The position numbers were made by a program, and so were the translations under genes. The notes under the pieces are model-generated. The model ran no database searches. It had not been told where the DNA came from and worked only from the letters and a program-made list of their open reading frames with translations. This document shows positions 1 to 11,399 of a stretch of DNA of 64,000 nucleotides, piece by piece; position 1 is the first letter of the stretch; each line of letters opens with the position of its first letter. This DNA comes from Azolla caroliniana (lineage: Eukaryota > Plantae > Polypodiophyta): positions 22,630,001 to 22,694,000 of the forward strand of contig JBHGNT010000005.1 of the NCBI GenBank assembly GCA_043228905.1, in the 5' to 3' direction.

Positions 1-612
1 CGGTCGGCTCACCCGATATCTTTCTAGTCGGATTTGATCCCGAGTCGGTTCGGTTTCGGATATATGTATTGTTGAACTTGCGGTTACGATCACGAGGAAC
101 AGAGTATAGCCGGCTGGGTTACTCCAAGTGAAGATGATCTAACGCGATGAGATGCAAGCCTCGTTTTTCTTCTTCTTCTCTCTTCTCTGTTTCTTCAAAT
201 ACAAAACAAAAAAACAGAATGTTGTGATCCAAAGATTCGAATGGCGGCCGGCAGCAGGATGAAGGACATCCAAGCTCTGATACCAAATGTAGGGAATGAA
301 CAAGGCCGTCAGTGCGGAAGAGATCACACAGTATGAATCTGTGAGGAAGAAATACCTGCGTATGAGAGAGGCAAGAACAAATTACGTACAGAGAGAGAGA
401 GAGAGAGAGAGAGGAACAAAGAATATATCTATATTCATAAAGCGGCAACCGTTACAACAATGAACAACCAACCTTTACAAAAGGTTACAAAGTCACTTTA
501 TGTAGTGACTCACTTAGGGCAACTTCCCTTTATGTTATTTACAGAAATAGCCCGAACTTGGGCTCTCTAAGAGGATAGTGTGAATACGTTCATTATACAT
601 TTGTATTCGACA
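1..612 (-). mobile_element. LTR retrotransposon family A: 5' LTR (288-612), PBS and start of the internal region, which runs off the left edge
   Basis: On the minus strand the LTR reads TGTCGAATAC...TTCCCTACA and is followed by TGGTATCAGAGC (274-285). A near-identical LTR lies in the opposite orientation at 1768-2100. Confidence 0.85.
274..285 (-). promoter_or_regulatory. tRNA-iMet primer binding site (PBS) of element A
   Basis: gctctgatacca is the reverse complement of TGGTATCAGAGC and lies 2 bp from the LTR end. Confidence 0.9.
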
Positions 613-1289
613 GAAGGAATGTCGTCTTCACGTCTAGCTGCTCTACCTCGAGGTCCATGCTTGCCGCTATACTCAGCACCGTCCGGATGGAGGTCATCTT
701 TACTATCGGGGCAAATATCTCGTTGAAGTCCACGCCCTTCATCTGCTGGAAGCCCTTGACCACGATCCTGGATTTGTATCTCGGGGGGTTGCCGCATCTC
801 CCGGTTTCAACTTGTACACCCACTTATTTCGGAGTGCCCGCTTTCCTTTCGGCAATTCCACCAATTCGTACGTATGGTTCTCATGTAGGGAATCCATCTC
901 ATCCTACATGGCACTTAACCATTTGCGTTTGTGGGTGTCATCCTTCGCCTCTACGAAGCTTTCTGGCTCCCCCTCATCGGTTAGCAGCACATGCTCTGCA
1001 TTCGGAAATCTTTGGGGGGCTCTTCTCTCTCTGAGAGGATATCTCCGTCTTTGGGCTTCGGTAGCCGGCTCCTCCATTTGCTCTTCATCCAAATCCGATT
1101 CGGGGTCTTGGCCAGTTCCGGTTTTAGCTTCCTCTACTTCTTCTTCTACCGGTTCGGTATCCTCACCGTAACCAGCTGGTTCCTCGAGTGCTAAGCGGTC
1201 TCTTGCCGGTTGGGTCTGCTCATCGTAGAATCGATCCTTACCGGTCGACTCAGAGTTCATTACCTTCTTCTCTGACTCCCAGTCGGCGA
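613..1289 (-). pseudogene. Ty1/copia element B: integrase-RT linker and N-terminal half of reverse transcriptase (inverted)
   Basis: Minus-strand ORFs give EPESFVEAKDD..KWLSAM and RYKSRIVVKGFQQMKGVDFNEIFAPIVKMTSIR...EQLDVKTTFL, which are copia RT N-terminal motifs. Confidence 0.9.
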
Positions 1290-1463
1290 GAAGAGTACAC
1301 AGGATGTTTACGTGGAAAACCCAAACTCGGGAAAAAACCACGGCAGCCCACAGACCGCGAACTATCACTATGTCAGAATGTACAATAAGAAAGCACCGAG
1401 GCCACGACCTCGAGCTTGCTATCCTCGCCACAGGCGGCGGTTACAATCAGAGGCAACGAACTC

Positions 1464-1536
<73 letters not shown>

Positions 1537-1767
1537 ACACAGTTGCACGCTCTAATCTTGTGCCAACAAGAATGACAACAACACACTCTAAAGTTTGCCC
1601 TAAGTCATATTTATACTAATGTGACTTTTCGGCTATTTACAAACATAGCCCTGATGGACTCTCAGAAAAACATATTTACGGATATGTCCCTTCATCCGGT
1701 GAGCACTCCTCACCGGGCCTGCATCATCCGGCGCTTGTCGGGTACTTGTCATCCAATTCTCACCGGG
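1290..1767 (-). mobile_element. Partial 5' LTR of copia element B (inverted)
   Basis: Reverse complement of about 3540-3973 of the B 3' LTR, including the (CT)n tract at about 1467-1530. Confidence 0.85.
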
Positions 1768-1963
1768 TGTCGAATACAAATATATAATGGACGTATTCAC
1801 ACTATCCTCTTAAAGAGCCCAAGTTCGGGCTATTTCTGTAAATAACATAAAGGGCAGTTGCCCTAAGTGAGTCACTACATAAAGTGACTTTGTAACCTTT
1901 TGTAAAGGTTGGTTGTTCATTGTTGTAATGGTTGCCCCTTTATGAATATAGATATATTCTTTG

Positions 1964-2001
<38 letters not shown>

Positions 2002-2100
2002 CGTAATTTGTTCTTGCCTCTCTCATACGCAGGTATTTCTTCCTCACAGATTCATACTGTGTGATCTCTTCCGCACTGACGGCCTTGTTCATTCCCTACA
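1768..2100 (+). mobile_element. Family A LTR
   Basis: TGTCGAATAC...ATTCCCTACA, an inverted copy of 288-612; followed by CCTTC. Confidence 0.9.
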
Positions 2101-3276
2101 CCTTCACAGCGACCTCGAAGAGGAGATCTACATGCAGCAACCGGAAGGATTCGTGGAGAAAGGGAAGGAGCACTTGGTATGCCGGTTGAAGAAGAGCCTG
2201 TACGGATTGAAGCAGGCTCCTTGGCAATGGTACCGGAAGTTCGACTCCTTCATGACCGATCAAGGGTACCACAAAACGCAGGCCGATCACAACATGTTTG
2301 TGAAGAAGTTCGAAGGAGGCGACTTCCTGATACTCCTTCTGTACGTGGACGACATGTTGATCGTCGGACGGGACCAAGCCAAAATACGGATGCTGAAGAA
2401 GGCTCTCAACCGAACCTTCTCAATGAAAGACTTGGGTCCGGCAAGACAGATGCTAGGGATGCATATCATCCGGAACCGGCCATCGAAGCAATTGTGGCTG
2501 TCACAGGAGAAGTACGTGACAAAGGTGCTTCAGCGGTTCAATATGTTGGAAGCGAAACCGGTCGGATTGACACTCTCGGCAAACTGTAGATTATCCGGTA
2601 AGCAAAGCCCGAAGACGAAAGCAGAGAAGGCTGATATGATGAAGGTTCCATATGCCTCTGCCGTCGGGAGCTTAATGTACGCAATGGTGTGTACCCGACC
2701 GGATATAGGATACGCAGTCGGAGTGGTGAGCCGGTTTATGAGTAATCCTGGCAAGGAGCACTGGAACGTAGTAAAATGGATACTCCGGTACTTGAAGGGC
2801 ACTTCGAATATGTGTCTCTGATTCGGCTCCGGAAAACCTCAACTTGACGGTTTACCGATTCGGACATGTCGGCTGATGTGGATACCAGCCGGTCCACATC
2901 CGGGTATGTAATGACATATGCAAGGGGAGCTGTTTCATGGCAGTCGAGGCTGCAGAAGACGGTTACGTTGTCAACCACGGAGGCGGAGTACATGGCGGTT
3001 GTGGAAGCCGGCAAGGAAATATTATGGATGAAGGACTTCATCGGAGAGCTCGGTATCAGGCAAGATGAATACCAGCTCTACTGCGACAGTCAAAGTGCCA
3101 TCCACCTTGCTAAGAATGCAGCCTACCATTCCCGGATGAAGCATATCCAGCAAAGGTATCACTGGATCCGGGAAAGAGTAGATGACCAGGAGTTCACGCT
3201 GACGAAGATCCACACGGCCAAGAACGGGTCAGATATGTTGACCAAAGTACTGATACCCAACAAGTTGGATGCATAA
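2101..3276 (+). pseudogene. Ty1/copia element B: C-terminal RT and RNase H (stop and frameshift near 2820-2865)
   Basis: [89 protein letters not shown]. Confidence 0.92.
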
Positions 3277-3328
3277 CGGAAGCGGATCGGACTAGTAAGA
3301 CATCCCATGCCGGAGTGAAGGTGGAATT

Positions 3329-4087
3329 TGTTAGGAAACAAGTCCCTCCAGATGGGAAGTGAGAAGAACAGTACTAATGAGCAAACTCGGCCGAGGCCGA
3401 TAGGCCGAGACCGAAACCGGATGAGGAATACCCAGCCACGGAAGACCCGGTGAGAACTAGATGACGAGTACCCGGCTACGGAGAGCCGGATGGTGCAGAC
3501 CCGGTGAGAACCGGATGAGGAGTACCCGGAAACGGAAGACCCGGTCAGAACCGGATGACGAGTACCCGGCAAGCGTCGGATGATGCAGACCCGGTGAGGA
3601 GTGCTCACCGGATGAAGGGACATATCCGTAAATATGTTTTTCTGAGAGTCCATCGGGGCTATGTTTGTAAATAGCCGAAAAGTCACATTAGTATAAATAT
3701 GACTTAGGGCAAACTTTAGAGTGTGTTGTTGTCATTCTTGTTGGCGCAAGATTAGAGCGTGCAACTATGTACAGAGAGAGAGAGAGAGAGAGAGAGGAAG
3801 AGGTCATTGCCTCTTATTGTAACCGCCACCTGTGGCGAAGATAGCAAGCTCGAGGTCGTGGCCTCGGTGTTTTCTTATTGTACATTCTGACATAGTGATA
3901 GTTCGCGGTCTGTGGGCTGTCGTGGTTTTTTCCCGAGTTTGGGTTTTCCACGTAAACATCCTGTGTACTCTTCTCTCTATCGTGTTGTGTTTCCTTCCCT
4001 ATCTCTTTTTTTTTCTTTTCTGTGTTTTATTCTAGGCTCGGTTGTGGCCGAGCGTCGAGTAAACGGAACGTGTAGTTCCTGTCAACA
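3329..4087 (+). mobile_element. 3' LTR of copia element B
   Basis: Purine-rich PPT-like GGAGTGAAGGTGGAA precedes TGTTAGG, and the LTR ends GTCAACA. It has internal 40-55 bp GACCCGGTGAGAA repeats (about 3440-3600) and matches 1290-1767. Confidence 0.85.
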
Positions 4088-5324
4088 GATGGTACGGTCG
4101 CCGAGGAGGACAAGTGGCTCACTAACATGCACCAATTCCTGAGCACCGAATTACCTCCAGAGGAGATGAACAGAGACGGGCAAAAACGATTAGCAGTACA
4201 AAGCCGGCACTTCTGCCTATTGCAGGACACACTGTACCATAAAGGCGCGGATGGCATATGGCGACACGTGGTGCGCAGCAACAAAAAAGACCAAATACTG
4301 CATGAAGCACACTACGGCATTGCCGGAGGGCATTATGCTAGGGATGCTACAGCAAGGAAAATATGGCAGAGTGGCCTATGGTGGCCGACAACATTAAAAG
4401 ACGTCGTCTGATATGCTAAAGAATGCGATTTATGTCAGCGGATGGGCCAACCAACGGAACAGGCAAGAATGCCTCACCAATCGGTGTTGCCATTAGAACC
4501 ATTTCAGAAATGGGGGCTGGACTTCGTCGGCCCATTTAAACCACCAGCAATGAGAACCGGCAACCGATACGTGATTGTCGCTACGAACTACTGCACCAAG
4601 TGGGTGGAGGCCAAAGCACTATGTGACAACACCGCGGCATCCACGGCAAAGTTTTTATATGAATATATCTGGTGCCAGTATGGATGTCCGATCAAGCTAA
4701 TTAGCGACCAAGGTGGGCATTTCCTAGGACAAGTGGTGGAGACCTTGACGACATTCTATTCGGTGGTGCACAAGCGAAGCACTCTGTATTATCCGCAAGC
4801 CAACGGATTAGCGAAATCCACAAATAAGACGCTACAAAACATCCTACGAAAAATCGTCAATGAAAACCGGACAGATTGGGATACAAAGCTGCACACTGCA
4901 ATCTGGGCGTACCGGACAGCATATAAGACAAGTATCCGGACAACGCCTTTCCAATTAGCATTCGGATTGGAAGCAGTAATGCCGATCGAATTCCAGGTTC
5001 CTAGTTTGTGGTTATAGGTTCGGGAACGCCTAAACGAGGAGTCGGAAACAATTCAAGTAGCAACACTATGCGAACTAGAGGAACATCGGATAGCCAGCAT
5101 GATGCACATGGAACTGGAGCAACAGAGAAGGAAAGCGTTCTTCGATCGACACCGGAAAGGTAACGAAAAAATGTTCGAGATCGGCAAGCCGGTACTTGTA
5201 TTCCAGACCCGGATGGGTAAGATGTCAGGGAAGCTATGGTTTCGGGACCATATTGGATTACACAAGAGTTCAACGGTTCCTACCAGCTAGGGACACTCGC
5301 CGGAGAAGTTATGGGTAAATGGGT
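4088..5324 (+). pseudogene. Ty3/gypsy integrase remnant
   Basis: HHCC zinc finger (HEAHYGIAGGH...WWPT..C..CQ), core WGLDFVGP, TKWVEA, ISDQGGHF, YYPQANG, WAYRTAYK, PFQLAFG. In-frame stops at 4409 and 5015. Confidence 0.9.
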
Positions 5325-5478
5325 TGTTGAGCGGCAAGCTCAACTGGAGTCGGATCGGCTGAATAAGCCTGAGCCGGTAAGCGAGACGGATCAGTAAGCC
5401 GCGAGCAACTGAGCCGGTGATTTGGGGAGCCGGTTAGCCGGATCCAATCGGTAACCGAAAGCCTAGTATTAGTTTAGA
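5325..5478 (+). mobile_element. 5' portion of a family C LTR, inverted relative to 6311-6465
   Basis: TGTTGAGCGGCAAGCTCAACTGGAGTCGGATCGG...GCCTAGTATTAGTTTAGA matches the reverse complement of 6311-6465. Confidence 0.8.
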
Positions 5479-5481
5479 CTA

Positions 5482-6465
5482 CTAGGCAATGAACTTAGAC
5501 GCCAGGCCCCCCAGACAGACCTGTACCATCTCGTCTTCCTCTACGGTAACGTTGATAGAGGGAAGTGAGTCACTAATCTCTTTGATCCGGGTTGTGTAAT
5601 CCGCCACCAACATGTCCTTCTGTCGGACATTGCTCAACTCCTGTCTGAGTTGCAGCTTCCGAGCTGTAGTGCTCGCGGCGAAAACCTTCTTCAGGTTTCC
5701 CCAAGCCTCCTTCAACGTCTTGGCGTCTCGGATGTGGCTCAGCAGCTGGTCTCCGACACTGGACGCGAAGCAGTACATCACTCTGCTTGCCAACTGTTCC
5801 CACACTGGGAAATCCTTGTGTACCGCATCAGGTGCTGTTTCGTTGGCTCCTTCGACGAAACTCCAGTAGCCATGCCCAAGCAGGTACTGGTGCATCTTGT
5901 ACAACCAAGATGCGTAGTTGGATTTGTCGAGTTTCTCCACAAGGAGTGAGCTAGCCATTCCTCTATCCATCACTTCTCTGTCTATTGTTCTTACGACCTG
6001 TTAGGGTTTTGCTTTCAAGCGTTTGTCGGCTGCAGAGGTTCTCAACCCTCGCGCTCTGATACCATGTAAACGATTACTTGCGGAAGCATTAGAAAACAGA
6101 GAAAGCAAAGAATACACAGAGTACACGAGAGAGACAGAGAGAGCAGAACGTAAAAGCTATATTCAAAACAATATAAAAACCTCTCTGTTTATACAACTGT
6201 GCTCAGTAGCACTATTTATACAAGTCCTCGTGGGACTGACAGAAGTACTGCGTACTTCAATGCTCACACAAGCATCTGACACTTACTACAAGACTATAAT
6301 TGCCTCATATTCTAAACTAATACTAGGCTTCCGGTTACCGATTGGATCCGGCTAACCGGTTCTGTTGCTTGCCGGCTCGATTGCTCACCGGCTTATCGAT
6401 CCATCTCGCTCACCGGCTCAGGCTTATCCAGCCGATCCGACTCCAGTTGAGCTTGCCGCTCAACA
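5482..6465 (-). mobile_element. Truncated Ty1/copia element C: 5' LTR 6065-6465, PBS 6053-6064, gag 5482-5970
   Basis: LTR TGTTGAG...TTTACA, then TGGTATCAGAGC, then gag (EKLDKSNYASW...AWGNLKKVFAASTTARKLQLRQELSN). Confidence 0.88.
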
Positions 6466-6497
6466 AGCCTTTATCCTTTTGGCTCTACCGAACAGAC

Positions 6498-6985
6498 TGT
6501 TATAGCAGATAGACAGAAAACTAGAAAGAGAAACAAAGATGGAGATCAAGATCAAGATAGTAACACAGAGAGACTGTATGGCTTGTAAAAGATAATGTGC
6601 GGAAGCTAAGACAAAATCGGCTAGTCCGAACAACAGTAGAACACCGAATGGAGGTTTGATGGAATGCTTGAATACACGGGAGAGACGGGAGAGAGCAGAA
6701 CAGTAGAAACTCAATTCAAAATAATAACACTTTGTACATACAATGTGCTTTGTGAGCACTTTTATAAAAGTCCTTAAAAGGACTGACAGAAGTACTAACA
6801 AGTACTTCAATGCTCATACAAGCGACTGACACTAACTCCTAAAAATATGCCTACGTACTAGGCTAGATTCATAGGCCTCTAATGGCCTACCGGTTACAAT
6901 CCGATTTGGCTCCTGGTTCCGGACACCAATCCGATTCTTCATTCCGGACTCCGATCCGGATCTGGTTGAGCTTGTCCGCTCAACA
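6498..6985 (-). mobile_element. Diverged LTR related to family C
   Basis: Minus strand TGTTGAGCGGACAAGCTCAAC...CTATAACA. It shares the GGACTGACAGAAGTACT/TACTTCAATGCTCA block with 6065-6465. No TSD seen. Confidence 0.65.
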
Positions 6986-7383
6986 CACCCAAAACAGAAG
7001 ACCACACCTTCATTAACAAAACAGTCAATCCGTTACAACCATGCTCTGTGAGCATGTTATATACAAAGCCCTCGATTCCTCTCATAAAGGTTAAGAATGG
7101 GCTGACACAAATACATTCGGCTCATTCATGAGCACTAAAAACTAGCTGAATTAAATTCTATTTGTAAGAACATTGGTAGACCTAGTTGAGTTTGGTATCG
7201 CAACAAGAATATCAAAGACATGTACATGTATATGCATATGTATAAGTACATGTATACGTATACGTATATGAATGTATGTCAAGATTATGATGGAATCGAA
7301 AACATGAACCTTTGAGGCTTGATAGCTAACTAAATACATGGCAATTGAATCGCAAGCCAAGGCCCAAGACCATGGAAACCACA

Positions 7384-7754
7384 AACAGTTGGCAATGATT
7401 CGGTTTTGAACCGCGAAGCCGCGACTTAACAACATAACGGTTTGGTTCAGTTTCAACGATTAGAAATCGCGATTTTAACGGTTTTAAAAAAAAATTAATT
7501 GTTTTTAAACAATCTTTTCATTTCCAAGCCATATTCTCACATTTTTAGGAAAATCTTTAAAATTTTGAAAATTTAAAATTTAAAATAATGAAATTTTTTA
7601 ATTTTAAAAAATTTGAATTTTGACCTAAGTTGAAAAACTGAAATTGAATCACAAAATTGCGGTTTTAACAATTTAATGGTTTGACGGTTTGAATTTTTTT
7701 TTAAACGGTTCGATCTTGACACTCTCGAACCAAACCAAACCATTGCCGATTGTT
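7384..7754. mobile_element. MITE-like non-autonomous DNA transposon, copy 1
   Basis: Imperfect terminal inverted repeats AACAGTTGGCAATG / CATTGCCGATTGTT, AT-rich core, AACC/GGTT subterminal motifs; second copy at about 17878-18306. Confidence 0.6.
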
Positions 7755-8002
7755 AGAAGCCATACTACTCTGAGTGGAAGGTAAAGTTAAAATAAAGCGA
7801 AGCTTTCCAATGTGTGGTGTATTATACAATGAATACATTGTGTGTGTATTATACAAGGAATACATGGGATAGTAGTTACACGTTTTTCCGATGGTCTCGA
7901 AGACTCATCGGCATCCGTATGTGTATAGAATAAATGGGGGGGGGTGATCCGAACCAAAAGATGGCTTGTCCGGACAAATAATCAGGCGGGCGTTCGGACA
8001 TT

Positions 8003-8803
8003 TCAGAATTGGTCGCCTTCGAACGTCTGGCCGAAGCTCCAGCCTGCCGGCGCCACGTCGTACGACGTCAGCGTCCTGCCGTCGCTCGTGGTCACGGCGA
8101 ACGACAGGCTCTGCCCGTCGAGCTTCCCGTTGCTCTGCCAGTTCTGGCCCCAGTTCCGGCTCATGGCCATCCACCCCGTCTGCGAGCCCTTGACGGACAC
8201 CGCCGTCACGTCGCCCGCGCCACCCACGTTGGTGATGAGCACCAGGTTGAAGTAGGAGTGGCCGTTGACGGTGAAGCGGATGCCGCCTTTCTTAGCGCAG
8301 GCCACGCGGCGGTAGAGCACCGGCACGATGCCGCCGCTGTACACCCCGATCTTCTCGAACGCCGGCTGCGCCATGTCGAAGTGCTCCCGCGGAGGGTTGC
8401 ACCAGCCTCCGGCGTCGCTGGATTGGGCGGGGTTGGGCGGGCAGAAGTTAGTGGCGGTTACCACCACGCTGGAGGCGCCGCCGCCAACGCACCACTTGGG
8501 GTCGGCGGCGGCGTCGCACTTGATCTCGAAGCAGGCGCCGCAGCTGAGGCCGGCGTTGAAGAGCGCGGTGCTGAGAGCGGCGGTGTTGGTGCCATAGCCG
8601 GAGGTGTAGAGGTCGCCGTAGCCGCAGGCGCCGCCCATGGTACCGGCGGCATCTCCGCCGCCATAGAAGGTGGCGTGGGCGGAGGTCCAGCTGCCGGGCA
8701 AGGATTGGACGGCAGCAGGAGGAGAGGCCATGAAGAGAATGGCGGAGGCGCTCATGGCCATGGCCATGAGGCGGAGGAGAATGAGATTGTTTGATGAGGC
8801 CAT
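8003..8803 (-). CDS. EXPA: alpha-expansin (intronless), 266 aa
   Basis: Signal peptide, [47 protein letters not shown] motif, [17 protein letters not shown]. Confidence 0.97.
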   Translation of the reverse strand: MASSNNLILLRLMAMAMSASAILFMASPPAAVQSLPGSWTSAHATFYGGGDAAGTMGGACGYGDLYTSGYGTNTAALSTALFNAGLSCGACFEIKCDAAADPKWCVGGGASSVVVTATNFCPPNPAQSSDAGGWCNPPREHFDMAQPAFEKIGVYSGGIVPVLYRRVACAKKGGIRFTVNGHSYFNLVLITNVGGAGDVTAVSVKGSQTGWMAMSRNWGQNWQSNGKLDGQSLSFAVTTSDGRTLTSYDVAPAGWSFGQTFEGDQF

Positions 8804-8930
8804 TTGGTATGTATATGTGTATATGTGTATATGTGTATGTGTATATGTGTATGTGTATATGTGTATGTGTGTATGGGGTTATGAATCCAAGATGATTTAG
8901 GAATACTTTAGCCTTGTGAGGGTCATTGAA

Positions 8931-8938
8931 TTTATATA
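8931..8938 (-). promoter_or_regulatory. Putative TATA box of expansin copy 1
   Basis: TATATAAA about 130 bp upstream of the ATG, conserved at the equivalent place in copy 2. Confidence 0.6.
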
Positions 8939-11399
8939 GTAATCCACTAGTTTGTGTTTGTGAACATGCGTGTTTGATGATGTAACAAGACCACGGAATA
9001 AGAGCGCTACGGCTACGCATGTCCCACTTGTACGTACGTATAATGGTCGTCGTATATTGGCCTCCTTCGAAACCGACGAAGGAGTCATTAATGATCACAA
9101 ACTCTCGCCCCCACACCTTAGGTAGTTGGGTCACGTTCCACAACGTAACACACAAACGTTTCGACATGAGGGACCATGACCATGATTATAGATGGATTTA
9201 ATGGCCATGTTCCGAGCGGCATTCATTATTTATCCAATAGTGACCCATAGAAAACAAATGGATGTAGTGGCTTTTATTACCACCCTATTGATGGATTTGT
9301 ATTTTGTCGTTTGATTGTCAAACCGTTCTTTCGTACATACTCCCTCACATGGAATGATTTACCTTTGGAGATCTTTTTGCAATGTGCTTTTTGGGGCAAA
9401 GTGTGTGGCTCACACAGATGTGCACCTTATGGTGGGGTCCTAGAGTTCATTCGGATCTACATGTTCTTCCTTAGCTATAGTAGCCAGCTCAACATGGTGG
9501 AGTGATTCTCATTGGAATCTAGATTCACATCAACTGCAACTCAAATTGGATTCTACTATCATGATTATCACATAATGACCAGACTATTACAATACGTACT
9601 CGCCAGCTTGATTCATGGAGGGGTGACCCTCATTGGAATCTAGAGTTACATCAAACTCCGCCTTAAGTTTTTGTTTCACTAAGTATTTATACATTCACGA
9701 GATGGATACATATTAGTACCAAACTTAGGCTGGCATATACGTCTAGAATTGTATACATATAGTCCAACAATATTTGTCACTCTACATTCTCACTGTTTTT
9801 TTTTAAATGGCATGGATTTAGTAATGGGGGTTTTTCATAACTCCGTTTGTAAAAATATGACACATAAAAAAACACTTCCTTAGAAATAGGCTCAATCCTT
9901 TGTCAATGGCTCACACAAAAGTGCCTCCCACTTTACAAATCACTCAAGCCCAATTTTGACTTATAAGGATCATTAAAGAACATAAAGCATTTATTTGCTT
10001 CATTGGGTTTACGGTTGACCAAACTATAGACGTAATTTGCAACTTTTCATAGCATTTAGTTATTTTCAGACATGCTTACATGGTGTGCACATATGCTTTC
10101 GAGTTCTTGTGGTACTCGTGACTCAATCCATAACTTTCAAAATGTAGGTTATGCAAAAGTAGTGTGTCCCACTTGTACAAGTCTCATGGAATTCCAATGA
10201 TATATCTAGTTTTCCGTGCACTTTTGTATGTCTCGACACATTCTTCTAATTGATTATCAAGCATGTGTGAAAAAGAGACAATTGCAACAACATCATCATA
10301 TTGTCCAAAGACTAACATCCAAATTGATCTCGTCTAATAGTGGGCAAGTAGAGACATACATAAAAGGATAACGCAAGTGTTCCTAGTTAACGACTACAAA
10401 CCATTCCTATCACATTCAGTTCACCAACATTGATGGGATATTTTTAGGTCAAGTTATCTATCAATGTGATTGTCATGACATGTGATAAGTTGTAAGAATG
10501 ATGTCATATAAGTGAAATTATGATATCCCTAATCATATATGCATTCGAAAATGAAATAATATTTTGACTTATCTCTTCTAATATCCATTCATCTAACTCA
10601 TTAGAAGACAACATCCATCATTGCAAAATTGTAGTAACTCCTCAAACAAGGATTTATTAGAATGAAAATATTGTGTTTGAATACCAAACTTGACCCTTGA
10701 CAGCGATAAAAGAGTTCCATCCTCACACAAGAAGAGATCATATCACAAGAATGGGAGGGCCCTAGTTCCTTGCCTATACTCCAATTTCTTGTAAGGTTAG
10801 AATACCTCAAACAAATAAAAAACAGTGGAGTCTTTGGAAAAGAAAAAATTACCGATTACATAATCCCATAAGATTGTGGCAAAGTAGAGTGTAAAAGTAA
10901 AGCTATAAATGTATTGACACACAAAGGAAGCCCAAATTGTTAACTAATTGGTGTAGCTAGGCTGTAAACTGTTAGGCACATTTCCCTTTTTTTTAAAAAG
11001 AATTTTTGTATGTCTTGCATTTCATGCAACCAATGGTTGTGCACTACATTCAGCTTAAATGAATGTCTCTAAAACTATGCCTTAGATTCGTAATAGTATG
11101 AACCTTTCTCTCTTTTTGGTAAAAACACACAACTATATTAAAAAGTGTGTGAAAAACACTAAAATGAACATAATTAACATATTTTGGTCATTTAAATCCT
11201 TGTTCTGCTATTACAAAATATAGCTTTGTTTTGCCTGCAACTTAACAATGTGATGTTAGTCACATAATAAAAAATCAGAGTATTTTTGGTATCATCATTC
11301 CCTTCTAAGTTATCTGTTTGTTTAGAAAGTTTAGAAATACATGGATTATTTGAGGTCAATTTGTAATGGGGCTTCGATTAACGATTTGAGTGGAGATGT

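Noticed and set aside
119-2100. Short ORFs with SLSLSL runs
   Set aside because: They are translations of (CT)n microsatellites inside LTRs.
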